Shown here: positions 11,563-21,221 of the stretch, one piece after another
Numbering within the stretch: position 1 is the first letter of the stretch
How the letters are laid out: every line of letters begins with the position of its first letter
Assembly: GCF_036365525.1 (NCBI RefSeq)
Contig: NC_090395.1
Span: 36,864,155 to 36,928,154 of the forward strand
DNA: 64,000 nt
Origin: Heterodontus francisci
Taxonomy: Eukaryota
Direction: 5' to 3'
The notes under the pieces: model-generated
Databases searched by the model: none
The model's input: only the letters and a program-made list of their open reading frames with translations
Told to the model about the DNA's origin: nothing
Translations under genes and position numbers: made by a program

Positions 11563-11994
11563 CTGACCCACTAATTAGAGTATAAAGTCTTTTATTTTAC
11601 CAGCCAAGAATAACTAGAATTACAATTGCAGAACACTAGCTAAGGCCTTCACACAGCTAACTACAGCTCCACAGCTAACTACATCTCCACTTTGTGCATT
11701 ATACCATATCATCGTTCTCACATGTTTTTCACCTTTCTTAGCCAAATTGTACAATCACAGCAGCACTAATGATTTCTGAAACTTGCTTGCCTGTCTGACA
11801 ATGACTGGATCAAATGAACACATTTCAGAGATTATTGAATTGTTCTACAGCAGGCAGGATTAAATTACACCTTCCAGACAAACTGGTGGATATGTTTTGT
11901 CCTCCAAGGGGACCAATCAAAAATCTGGTCCAATCCAGTCGTGATGCAAATAAACACAGCTGCCAATCTTGCTTGCCCAAAGATAAACAATAAT

Positions 11995-12383
11995 AAGTGT
12001 GGAATCTCATTCCTTCAGGTTGTGGATTATTTTGGAGATTTTTAAAATGTCAAATTTAAATGTTGACTTTTTTTCTTACTTTTCCTTTTTGTCTTTTTTC
12101 TCTCTCTCTCTTTTAATCCAATCTTTCGTTCCCTCTGTTTATTTCTTTTTCTGTATCCGATTTGACATTGACTCCATCCACTCTAATTCACCCTCATGCT
12201 CTGATGCACTCTTTTTCCCCTTTGTTCATCAAGATCCCAGATACCCTGTTACTCTCGCTGTGCTGTTATCAGCACACACTTCAAGCAACTTTGTGGGCCA
12301 AAATTTGTCAACCTTAATATGCACGAACAAGTCTAAATAACGGGACGTGCTTCAAGATGGCCCACTCCAGCAAAATCTGGCCC
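11995..12383 (+). mobile_element. Harbinger-type MITE, 3' part
   Basis: Ends with TIR GCAAAATCTGGCCC; internal sequence homologous to ~13560-13740. Confidence 0.65.
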
Positions 12384-12919
12384 TACATTTTCGAATTGAA
12401 TATGTATCCAACAGAGGGAGCTATTTCTCAAGATAACATTGTCATTGATCCAGGCAGATCTTGGCTAGGATGCTGAGGTTTAACAATTACAGACATGAAC
12501 GCCTGATAAAAGAGTCATCTGAGCAGAAGTAAAGACACTATCACCAAACATCTGGGCATTGGATTTTATTTTAAAGAACAGGGTGATTTCTGGAACATGT
12601 GAACAATTGGGGGCAAAATTGTTTTTCTTTCGCAGATTATGGCGGCTGAAATTATAGATGTGTAGTATTCCCACTTCATGTTTATATCTTTCCTTTCCTG
12701 TGGCCTTTCCTGCCAGTCCTCTATAAATGGCACATGTTCATGACACTTGTTTCTATGTGTTTTCCTGTACAATACAGATACACATACAAGTGAGAACCTA
12801 CCAAGGAATGTGTGGAAACCTTTAAATTGTTAAATTGTGAGTCTATTTTAATCCAATGTGTATGTATGGATAAATATGAAAAGGAAACCAGGAAAAGTAA
12901 TAGTGGTCAGTAATCCAAA

Positions 12920-13264
12920 CAAGTGGAGTCAGGATTGATTGGTATGTATGTGAATGCACAAAGCATTCTAAACACTGGGAAATTGGAACTATTAATAGCA
13001 ATGAAAGAGTATAATTTAGTTGCCATAATGGAGATGTGGCTTAGGTTTGGGCAGAGCAGGATACTTGAAATTTCTGGTTGTAACATTTTCTGGGGAAATA
13101 GAGAAGGAAAAGTAAGGGTGAGTAGGAGCAGTAAATAAGAATTTCATTACAATGTTAGAATGTTAGGATGCCTTAGAGGATTGTGTTGGACAAAGGGAAG
13201 GGAAATGGTACAATTATCAGTGCATTACAGGCCATCAAACAGTGGATATGAGGCAGAGCAACAC
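12920..13264 (+). mobile_element. Old CR1 endonuclease fragment
   Basis: 'MYVNAQSILN...YNLVAIMEMWL...ISGCNIF...GK'. Confidence 0.75.
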
Positions 13265-13265
13265 T

Positions 13266-13770
13266 GGCCCAGAATTTGATGAAAATATAATGACGTCTGA
13301 ACAACGCACACCCCTATTAATGTCCAAATTGGCCAGCAACTTGTGGCGAGAAAGAGATGTCATATGAATCACCATACGTTGCCGGCCAATTTGAGTGAAA
13401 ATGGTATCTCGCCCTTAACCTACCCGTGATTTTCATGAAGTTGCTGTATTTGCACATTAGTTGCCCATTAAACTAGCCAACCTAGGTACTCTTTTAATGA
13501 TATGACAATTGTTAATGACTGCCAATCAACCTGTCGCACAGAAAGTGAACAATTAAAAATATGGAGTCTCATTCCTTCAAATTGTGAATTGCTTTAGGAA
13601 ATTTAAAAATGTCAAATATAAATTTTTTTTTGCTTAAATTTTCTTTTTGTCTCTTATTTCTCTCTCTTAATCCAGTATTTCATTCCCTTTATTTATTTCA
13701 GTATCTGATCTGACATTGACTTCCCCCACTCTAATTTACACTTTCTCTGTTTCTTTCTCAATCCTTTAAT
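13266..13770 (+). mobile_element. Harbinger-type MITE, 5' part
   Basis: Starts with TIR-like GGCCCAGAATTTG; shares the GTCTCATTCCTTC block with 11995-12383. Confidence 0.6.
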
Positions 13771-13789
13771 CTCAAGATGAAAGCAAACA

Positions 13790-14423
13790 ATTACAGGGAC
13801 TTATTGATAGATTAAGTGAGTGGGCAAAACTCTGGCAGATGGATTTCAGTGCAGGTAAATGCGAGGTTATCCATTTGGGACAAAAAATGTATAGATCTGA
13901 ATATTATTTAAATGGTGAAATGCTTGGAACAATGGAGGTCCAAAGAGATTTAGGCATCCACGTACACAGATCACTAAAATGTAGCAGTCAGGTACAAAGA
14001 AAATTCAAAAAGACTAATAGCATGTTAATTTTTTTAATTAAAGGACTAGAATATAAAAGGGAGGAAGCTTTACAAAGCCCTGGTCAGACCACACCTGGAG
14101 TACCATGTACAGTACTGGGCACTGCACATTAGAAAATTATATATTAATATCTACAAAGAATGCAATGCAGATTCACCAGATTGTAACCAGGGCTCTAAGG
14201 GTTAGAATATAACGTCAGTTTACATAAACTAGGCTTGTGTTCCCTGGAACTTTGAAGGAGAAGATTGATTTGATTGAGGATTTTAGGATTGTGAAAGGAA
14301 TTACTAAGGTAGATAGAGAGAAACCTTTTCTGCTGTTGGAGGAGTCTAGGACGAGGAGACATAACCTTAAAATCAAAGCCAGTCCATTCAGGAGAGATGT
14401 TAGGAAACATTTCTTCACACAAT
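13790..14423 (+). mobile_element. CR1 RT/3' fragment
   Basis: 'WQMDFSAGKCEVIHLG', 'QRDLGIHVHRSLK' and 'ESRTRRHNLKIK...RKHFFTQ'. Confidence 0.85.
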
Positions 14424-14425
14424 CG

Positions 14426-14572
14426 GCTGGATTTTGTGGCACCGGCAGGTCTCCTGGCACCAGACCGAAAAGGCAGGGCGACCCCACCTCGGTCTTTCCG
14501 AGCCCTCCCCGACACAATCTTGAGTTGTTCCAGCACTTAAGTGGCTGCACCAGGATTCCCATCCCTTTACAG
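14426..14572 (+). mobile_element. Harbinger-type MITE 5' fragment
   Basis: GGCTGGATTTTG TIR interrupting the CR1; GC-rich body with CACTTAAGTG. Confidence 0.5.
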
Positions 14573-14574
14573 TT

Positions 14575-14930
14575 ACCAGCAACCAGAAGCTCAGGGTCAC
14601 GCTTACAGACTGAACTGTTCAGCAAAGCGATCACCCAATTTGAACTTGGCCTCCCCAGTGTAGAGAAGACTGCATCATGACCAGTGAATACAGTATACTA
14701 AATCAAAACCATGTACAAGCAAATTGCTGTTTCACATGGAAGGAGTGTTTAGGGCCCTGGACGGTGGGAATGGAGGCAGTGCAAGGGTAGGTGTTTCATC
14801 TCCTACATTTGTATGGGATAGTGCCATGGAAAGGGGACCAGGCATTGGGGGTGATTGAAGATTGGACATGGTTCTTTCGGAATATTGAATGGGGAGGGGA
14901 GGTGAAGTTGTGTTCGGTGTATGCGTGTAG
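14575..14930 (-). mobile_element. Penelope-like element fragment (linker + GIY-YIG endonuclease)
   Basis: Manual translation: 'HGTIPYKCRR*NTYPCTASIPTVQGPKHSFHVKQQFACT...LVYCIHWS*CSLLYTGEAKFKLGDRFAE...KRDPELLVA'. Confidence 0.85.
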
Positions 14931-15993
14931 TCCACCACTTGGCCTAAGCACTGCTTTTCTTGTATTTTTGGCTGGCTAAAATTCTAAATTCTAAAATGCA
15001 AAAGCTTTGCTTGCACCATATGAACAAATTAATCATTAAGGAAGAACATGAACTATGTATCTGTATTGTCTGGAGACAAGCAGGATTTGTAAATGTAAAT
15101 ACCTATACAAAGGGTTACATTGAGAGAGGAAACTAAAGTGCAGTTGCAAACTATTTCCTTCCTGTGTAGTATTACTTAATAACAGGCTGTCATGCAAGGC
15201 CCCACCTGCCAAGAATGAGATACATTAATTTTGTCATGAACATTGATTTTAAACAGTTGCTGGAGCAAGGACATTACTTGTTAAACAGATCAGGCGTGGC
15301 TGGAAAAGATATTCACATATTAACAGACAGTGCTTGGAAGGTCAAAGGACCATTCCCTGACACATTCTACCCACAATGGACCTTGATCACCAGGTATTGT
15401 GTGTAAGAGGACCATTCCAGAGACTGCTAAGTCTCCAGGATTGGTTAGACCAGCTGGTCACATGACTAACTGGCTGTTCCAGAGTTTTTTGAACTAGCCA
15501 CCGAGAGTTTGAACTCAGAAAAGGCTGTTTGCTTTTGAACTAAGAAGATCTCTCGTGTCTGCCTGCTCCCATCTCTTTCTCACAAGCCTCTGAATCCACT
15601 GAAGACACATGAACCCCAAGAGAGAAAAGTCTCCTACATGTGAACAAGGTTTAAGAAGAATACTGGGTCCCTACAAAAAGCAAGATCTACCTACAATCAA
15701 GGACTCTACAGTGAGCTCGAAGAACCGTAACAACAACTCTTCAGATATTGCCTCAAATTTTTCCACTTTATTTTTCTTCTGCTCTTTTCTGTCTCTATTT
15801 GCATGTGTATATCACGTATACATACTAGCGTGGGCACGTTGTGTATCTGTAGGCGTTACCCGAATTAGAGTTTAAGTTTAATAAATTTACATTTTTCTTG
15901 TTTAAACCTAAGAAAACCTGTTTGTGCTGCTTTCTTTGCCTTATAATTGAAAAGCGGTGAATGAGGATTCACCACGGGGGAGCTAAAAACAGT

Positions 15994-16918
15994 GAATTTT
16001 ACGAGTGCACCACAGTTTGTGACGGCGCACTCTAAAAATGGCATACATCCCACGCGGATGCACTGTCCCTGAGCCCCTGCGATATTACGTGTGGGGGCTC
16101 ATTTAAATAGAGGGGGACGGCGTGGCCGCCCCCGATGAGGTAAGGGGCAGTGCCATTTTTAAAGGGCTATAAGCCCTTTAAAAATTTCTCTGCAGCACCT
16201 ATGGAAGAGCCTGTCACTCCAGAATTGGCCTTTATATCCACACCAGGTGCTGCTTCACAAACCACTGACCACCTCCAGGCGCATATCCATTGTCTCTCGA
16301 GATAAGGAGGCCCAAAAGATAAGCCCTTCAGTAGCCTTTTAAAATTTAAAGGTCCCAATCTCCAGGATGTAACAATATATTGTCATGTCAAATAGAAATC
16401 ACTTCTCCCACCGCCCCCAACGGGTAAATTAAACATTAATCGCACTCTTCCCCCATAATAAACCTCTAATAGTATTCCGAACTTTCCCCCCCAAAATGTG
16501 TTCCCTTTGACCCTCAACCTCTTCCCATCATCCCAATAGCCAGTAAAGATTGTTTTCCCTGCTCTTCCACCCCTCCTGCCCTGAAAATTCTATTGCTCCC
16601 CCCTCCCCTCCAGGTTCTCGCCCATGCGGAGTTCCGAAGGCACGCGGAGCACATACAGCGGCCGTAGTATCAATGTGGGACAGCTGCCACCTGCAGGTAA
16701 GTTTATTTGCATCCCATTTGGTACGGTTTGCATATGTATATGAAGGGCCCACCATCTGGCGGCGGGGGGGCGGGGGGCCACACCGAGGTCTCCCCACCAC
16801 CGGTAATATGCAGCGGGCCTTTCTCGATGTCACGGGTCGAGGTGGGCCTCTCCCCACAGGATTTTACTGGCTCCCACGGCACGACCTGTGGTGTTGAGGG
16901 GCCGGTAAAATTCAGCCC
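15994..16918. mobile_element. Harbinger-type MITE nested in the solo LTR
   Basis: Ends GAATTTTAC...GTAAAATTCAGCCC with a 3-bp AGT duplication; the LTR sequence resumes at 16919. Confidence 0.75.
16179..16318 (+). mobile_element. RTE 3'-terminal fragment nested in the MITE
   Basis: Matches 50570-50710; TSD ATAAGCCCTT at 16169-16178 and 16319-16328. Confidence 0.9.
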
Positions 16919-17236
16919 AGTGTGTTTAAAAATAAAACCCTGTTACGATAAGACCAGGTGAAGGCTGAGAAGGAACCCTAGTCCCTTTTCACACCTGGTC
17001 GTAACAATGCTAATTATAGATATTGGACAAAAAGAACAACAACAAAAATGTTAAAATCATAGCCAAGATAAGGTCAGTAATATAATAACATTCAAGTACA
17101 ACTGAATACCAATCAGAGTTTATGACAATGATTGGAACTTATCTACCATCACAACTGACCAGAAAGGTTAATAAGTTGCTTCATTAATTATTAATTCGCC
17201 ATGAAACTTTGAGTCTTCTGCATCAGAAGTTCTTAC

Positions 17237-17505
17237 CATTTATATTTTTGGTGGTCTTATTTTCCAACTCACAGAGTAGTACTATTTATGCATTAACATT
17301 AATATTTTGTGCTAATTTCCTGCACAACACTAAGAATGGAGCAGTTAAACATCAAATCTGTTAATATACTAGTACACATAAATCCTGGCAAACTTGCCGA
17401 TATTTTGTTAGGATTTGAATCAGGTTATGCTCGGTGAAGGATTTCTACCAACCTCAAATCTTTTTTTATCATACTTCCATTTCATTATTCATTCAGCAAA
17501 TTAAT
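17237..17505 (-). other. Candidate exon of a divergently transcribed gene or lncRNA
   Basis: Long polypyrimidine tract + TTTAG acceptor (minus; AG at 17507-17506) and an ATG|GTAAGA donor at 17237/17236, in unique sequence. Confidence 0.3.
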
Positions 17506-17859
17506 CTAAACAGGAACAGAAAATAAAGAAAAAATAAATTTGAGAAAGTAATTATTCAAAGTGCCATTGTTCCTTTGTGAAATGTTTGTGGATTAACTAT
17601 AATTATGGAATCCAGCTCTAAAAACTGAACAATCTTCATGAAAAGGCAGCGAATTATGAGAAAAACACACATGAAATGCTGGACAAGCACAGCAGACTGT
17701 CAGCATCTGAATAAAGAAATCTTCTTCCAAATCAATATTGGGAAGCCCAAGTCATTTTTCATGCTTCCTTTCTACCTGCATACCCACCACTTAGCTATAC
17801 TCCTTTAGCTAGTCACACAAGCTGTGTCTTGAATATATTCTATATCTGCTCATTCAGTG

Positions 17860-18160
17860 TCAATTGTGGCTCAGTGGTAGCACTCTTGTCTCTGAATTGG
17901 AAGGTTGTGGTTTCCACTTCAGAGCTTTATGCATAATCAAATCAGCTAGTGCTTCTATAAAGTACTGAGGATGTGCTGCACTCTCAGAGATGCCATCTTT
18001 CAGATGAAATGTTAAACTCTCTCAAGTGGCTGTAAAAGAACCCCCTACCCTAGTCAAAGAAGGGGGAGGTATCCCAATATTTAACCCTCAGCCAACGCCT
18101 AAAAACAGATGGTCTGGTTATTTATTTCAATGCTGTTTGTATGTGTTGCACCTCATTTCC
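17860..18160 (+). mobile_element. Deu-domain SINE (SacSINE1-like), old
   Basis: tRNA-like head GTGGCTCAGTGGTAGCACTCTTG and core AGTACTGAGG...GCTGCACT...GCCATCTTTCAGATGA...GTTAAAC. Confidence 0.7.
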
Positions 18161-18456
18161 CCGAATGGGGATTCGAAGGTGCAGCATTGCCGGCCACCGG
18201 AATGAAGATCGGAAACTGCTCTCAGAATTGCTGCGGACAGCATGCTAATGAAAGGTAAATATCCATTTGCATATTTTAATGACGGGTCCCTCACCGAGTG
18301 GCGGGGGGTGGGGGGCTGTCACGTGGCCTTGCTGCCGCTGCCGATATCAGTACGGGCCCTACCATCGCCGGAGTTGCTGACAGGCCTCATCCGTTGCGAT
18401 CTTCATCCCCCCACCGCTGCTGGTCCCGGCATCAGAGCACCTTTATAAACCAGCCC
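18161..18456. mobile_element. Harbinger-type MITE terminal fragment
   Basis: CpG-rich block ending ATAAACCAGCCC. Confidence 0.5.
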
Positions 18457-18563
18457 GTTAACTCTATTTCTCTCCACAGATGTTGTCAGACCTGCTGAGT
18501 ATTTCCAGCACTTTCGGTTTTTATTTCAGATTTCTGGCATCCGCAGTATTTTGCTTTTATTTT
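18457..18563 (+). mobile_element. Penelope pseudo-LTR fragment
   Basis: GTTAACTCT...CTCCACAGATG...GACCTGCTGAGTATTTCCAGCA, the same as the non-coding end of the Penelope fragment at 57890-58393. Confidence 0.75.
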
Positions 18564-18569
18564 AGTACA

Positions 18570-20350
18570 TTGGGTACATGGATGTCAGATGAAATGCCGA
18601 GAAATACAAGGTGATACATTTTGGGAGGATGAATAAGGAGATGATATTCAGATTAAGTGGTAAAACTTCAAAAGAATTAGATGAGCAGAGACTCTTGGGG
18701 TTTCAGATGCATAAAGCTTTATAAGTGGAAGGACATGTTGATAAAGTTGTAAAACAAAAGCAAATGGAATCTTAGGTTTTATAAATAGTGGTAAATATTA
18801 CAAAAGAAAAGAGGTAATGATAAATATACATAAATCATTGATTGGGCTGTTGATAGAATATGGTGAATATTTGAATCCAATTTTGGGAGGATTATTTCAG
18901 TAAGAGGTACTCCCTGGAGAGAGTGCAGATTTTATTTAAATAAGATGATTTCAGAAATAAGAGGCTTTAGTTGTTGGGAGACTAGAGATACTGCACCTCT
19001 TGTCAGTGGAGCAAAATAAATTAAGAGATGTTCAAAATTGATGAAGGTTTTGATAAAGTAGATGAGGAAAAAAAATCATGCCTCCTCTGGTTCTTTTGCC
19101 AATCCCCTTAAATCTGTGTCTTCTGGTTAATGACCCTTCTGCCACTGGAAATAGTGTCTCCTTACTTACTTTATCAAAACCCCCCAGCTTCTCCAGTCTC
19201 TCCATCTCCACATAACTGAAGTCCCTCATCCCTGATTCCATTCTAGTAAATCTCTTCTCTACCTTAAGGCGTTGACATTCTTGCTGAATGGTGGTGTCCA
19301 GAAGTGAACACAGTATTTCATCTGAGGCCTAACTAATGTATTTAAATGTTTAGCATAATTTCCTTGCTTTTGTACTTCATGCCTCAAATGAAGCCAAGGA
19401 TCCCATATGTTAACAGCCTGCCATCTGAAAAGATTAGTGTATATACACCCACCGATCTCTGCTCCTACGCGCCCTTTAAAATTGTACCATTTAGTTAATA
19501 TTGCCTCTCCTCATTCTTCCCACCAAAAAGTAGCACTTCACACTTCTCTGTATTGTTTCATTTGCCATGTGCCTACCCAGTTCACCAGTCTTGTCTTCCT
19601 GATGTGTTACTATCCTCTTCATTGTTTACTACATTTGAGTTACATATCATCTTTTGAAAATCCATATACACATCAATAGCAGTACCCTCATCAACCTTCT
19701 GTTACTTTATCAAAGAATTCAATAAAGCTAGTCAAACATAATTGATGTTGCCAGACCCTACTATTTCCAGAATTTTTTGTTTTTATTTCAGATTTCCAGC
19801 ATCCGGAGTGTTTTGCTTTCATAATTTAACAAAACTATGCTTACTTTAATTGATTAGTTCATACTTAGTTTGGACTTGAATTGTCTGTAAAAGCTTCCCC
19901 ACCACTGACATTAAACTGACTGGACTGCAGTTGTCATGCTTATTCCTCTGCCCTTTTTTAAAAAAGGGGTGTAACATTTGGAATTCTCCAGCCGCCTGGT
20001 ACCCCCATATCGAAGGAGGATTGGAAGTTTGTGGCCAGAACCTTCATGCTTTCAACCCTTACTTCCCTCAGTAACCAAGAGGGCATCTCTTCTGGACTGG
20101 GTGACTTTTCTACTTTTGAGGACTGCCAAAACTTTAAGTACCTCCTCTGTAAATATTAGGGAAAAAAAGAACTAAAAAGAATTAAAAACACATGTTGGGA
20201 AATATGCAACAGCGAGAATGGGAGAAATGAAAAGATTTGGGGCAAATGAGGAATGAAGTGGACTAAGTGGTGAAATTTTTCTAAGACCCTGCACAAGCGT
20301 GATAGGCCAAATGGCCTCTCTCTGTACTGTAAGATCTATGGTCCTGATGA
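18570..20350. mobile_element. Old CR1 fragments: a plus-strand copy split by a minus-strand copy (~19075-20150), with a small Penelope piece at ~19745-19820
   Basis: Degenerate CR1 RT motifs on both strands and a CR1 3'-UTR-like end GGCCAAATGGCCTCTCTCTGTACTGTAA at ~20305-20335. Confidence 0.7.
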
Positions 20351-20399
20351 ACGAAAGTGGGCAATCATCCCGCTTTCAAAAACAAAAGCAGTCAGACTA

Positions 20400-21220
20400 C
20401 TGTGCAGCACAAATAAAGCAGGTAAACGGATGGCAAGTTCCCAACTTGGAAGCCAGCAATTTGAAGCACTGCGCATAATGTCGCAGCGCCGTCTGCCTGT
20501 TACGTCACATCAGGACCCCGCCCCCAGCCGACTGGTGACGTCACGACGCGTGATGGTCGCGCGAGGTTGTCACGCTGCATGACGTCAGTGGCACTGTCAC
20601 TGCTTAGGCCGCTGCGCACGTAAACATTATGGGAGAGAAGTTGGAGTCGCTTTAAAAGTGAGTGAGCAACGGCGGATGCGGAAGTTTGGGAGCGACAAGA
20701 TTTTTACGAGTGGAATGATGCGAGTAAGTCCCGTGAATTAGGGTTTGATTTTTCTTTCTTAATGAAAAGATTCTTTTCAGACAGGAAGGATGATTGAAAA
20801 CCTCACAAGACAGCCAGGCTGACGCTGTGGAACCGCCGGAGCTGGCGCCGGAAATCCCGCCTCAGGCTGGCTCTGATTGGTTGGCTCGGGAGGATGCGTA
20901 CCTCTAATTGGCAGTTTGCCCTGTCAGTTAGGAGGGTGGTATCTGCTCCCCGCAGCAGGTTATGCTGGTTGGCGGGGGGCGGAAGGAATGCTTTATGGGC
21001 GAGGTTTGAAAAGAAACATAAGGTCAGGCTTCTTCCATCAGGCATCACCTCCCGGCTGTACTTGCGGCATCCCCGCCTCTGCTCCAGCTGTTGTGCGGTT
21101 TCTCCTCACTGGAAACTCAAACTCTCTGAAAGTTTGCGGCTGTCAAGAGCTCAGTTACCTGAGCAGGTGTGAAGCGGCCCGCTGACGGGGGTAGCTGTCT
21201 AGAGCATAATGTACCGCCTC
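20400..21220. promoter_or_regulatory. CpG-island promoter, possibly bidirectional
   Basis: Sharp CpG enrichment in unique sequence. Motifs: full CRE TGACGTCA at 20536 and 20580, TTACGTCA at 20500, ETS GCGGAAGT at 20678 and CCGGAAAT at ~20848, inverted CCAAT at ~20875 and ~20905, GC box at ~20975. Confidence 0.8.
20600..20723 (+). other. Probable non-coding first exon of the host gene (start approximate)
   Basis: Downstream of the CRE cluster; ends at a consensus donor CGA|GTAAGT (GT at 20724). A second possible donor CAG|GTGTGA is at 21167. Confidence 0.5.
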
Positions 21221-21221
21221 A

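Larger units (their letters stand above)
15188..17006 (+). mobile_element. Solo LTR of the element-B family, interrupted by a MITE
   Basis: TGTCATGC...CGTAACA; inverted homologue of 4806-5736; 4-bp flanks AGGC/ATGC. Confidence 0.88.

Noticed and set aside
12480-12772. Short minus-strand ORFs in unique sequence as a coding exon
   Set aside because: No recognisable domain; splicing from the ATG|GT at 17237 would hit a stop after three codons.
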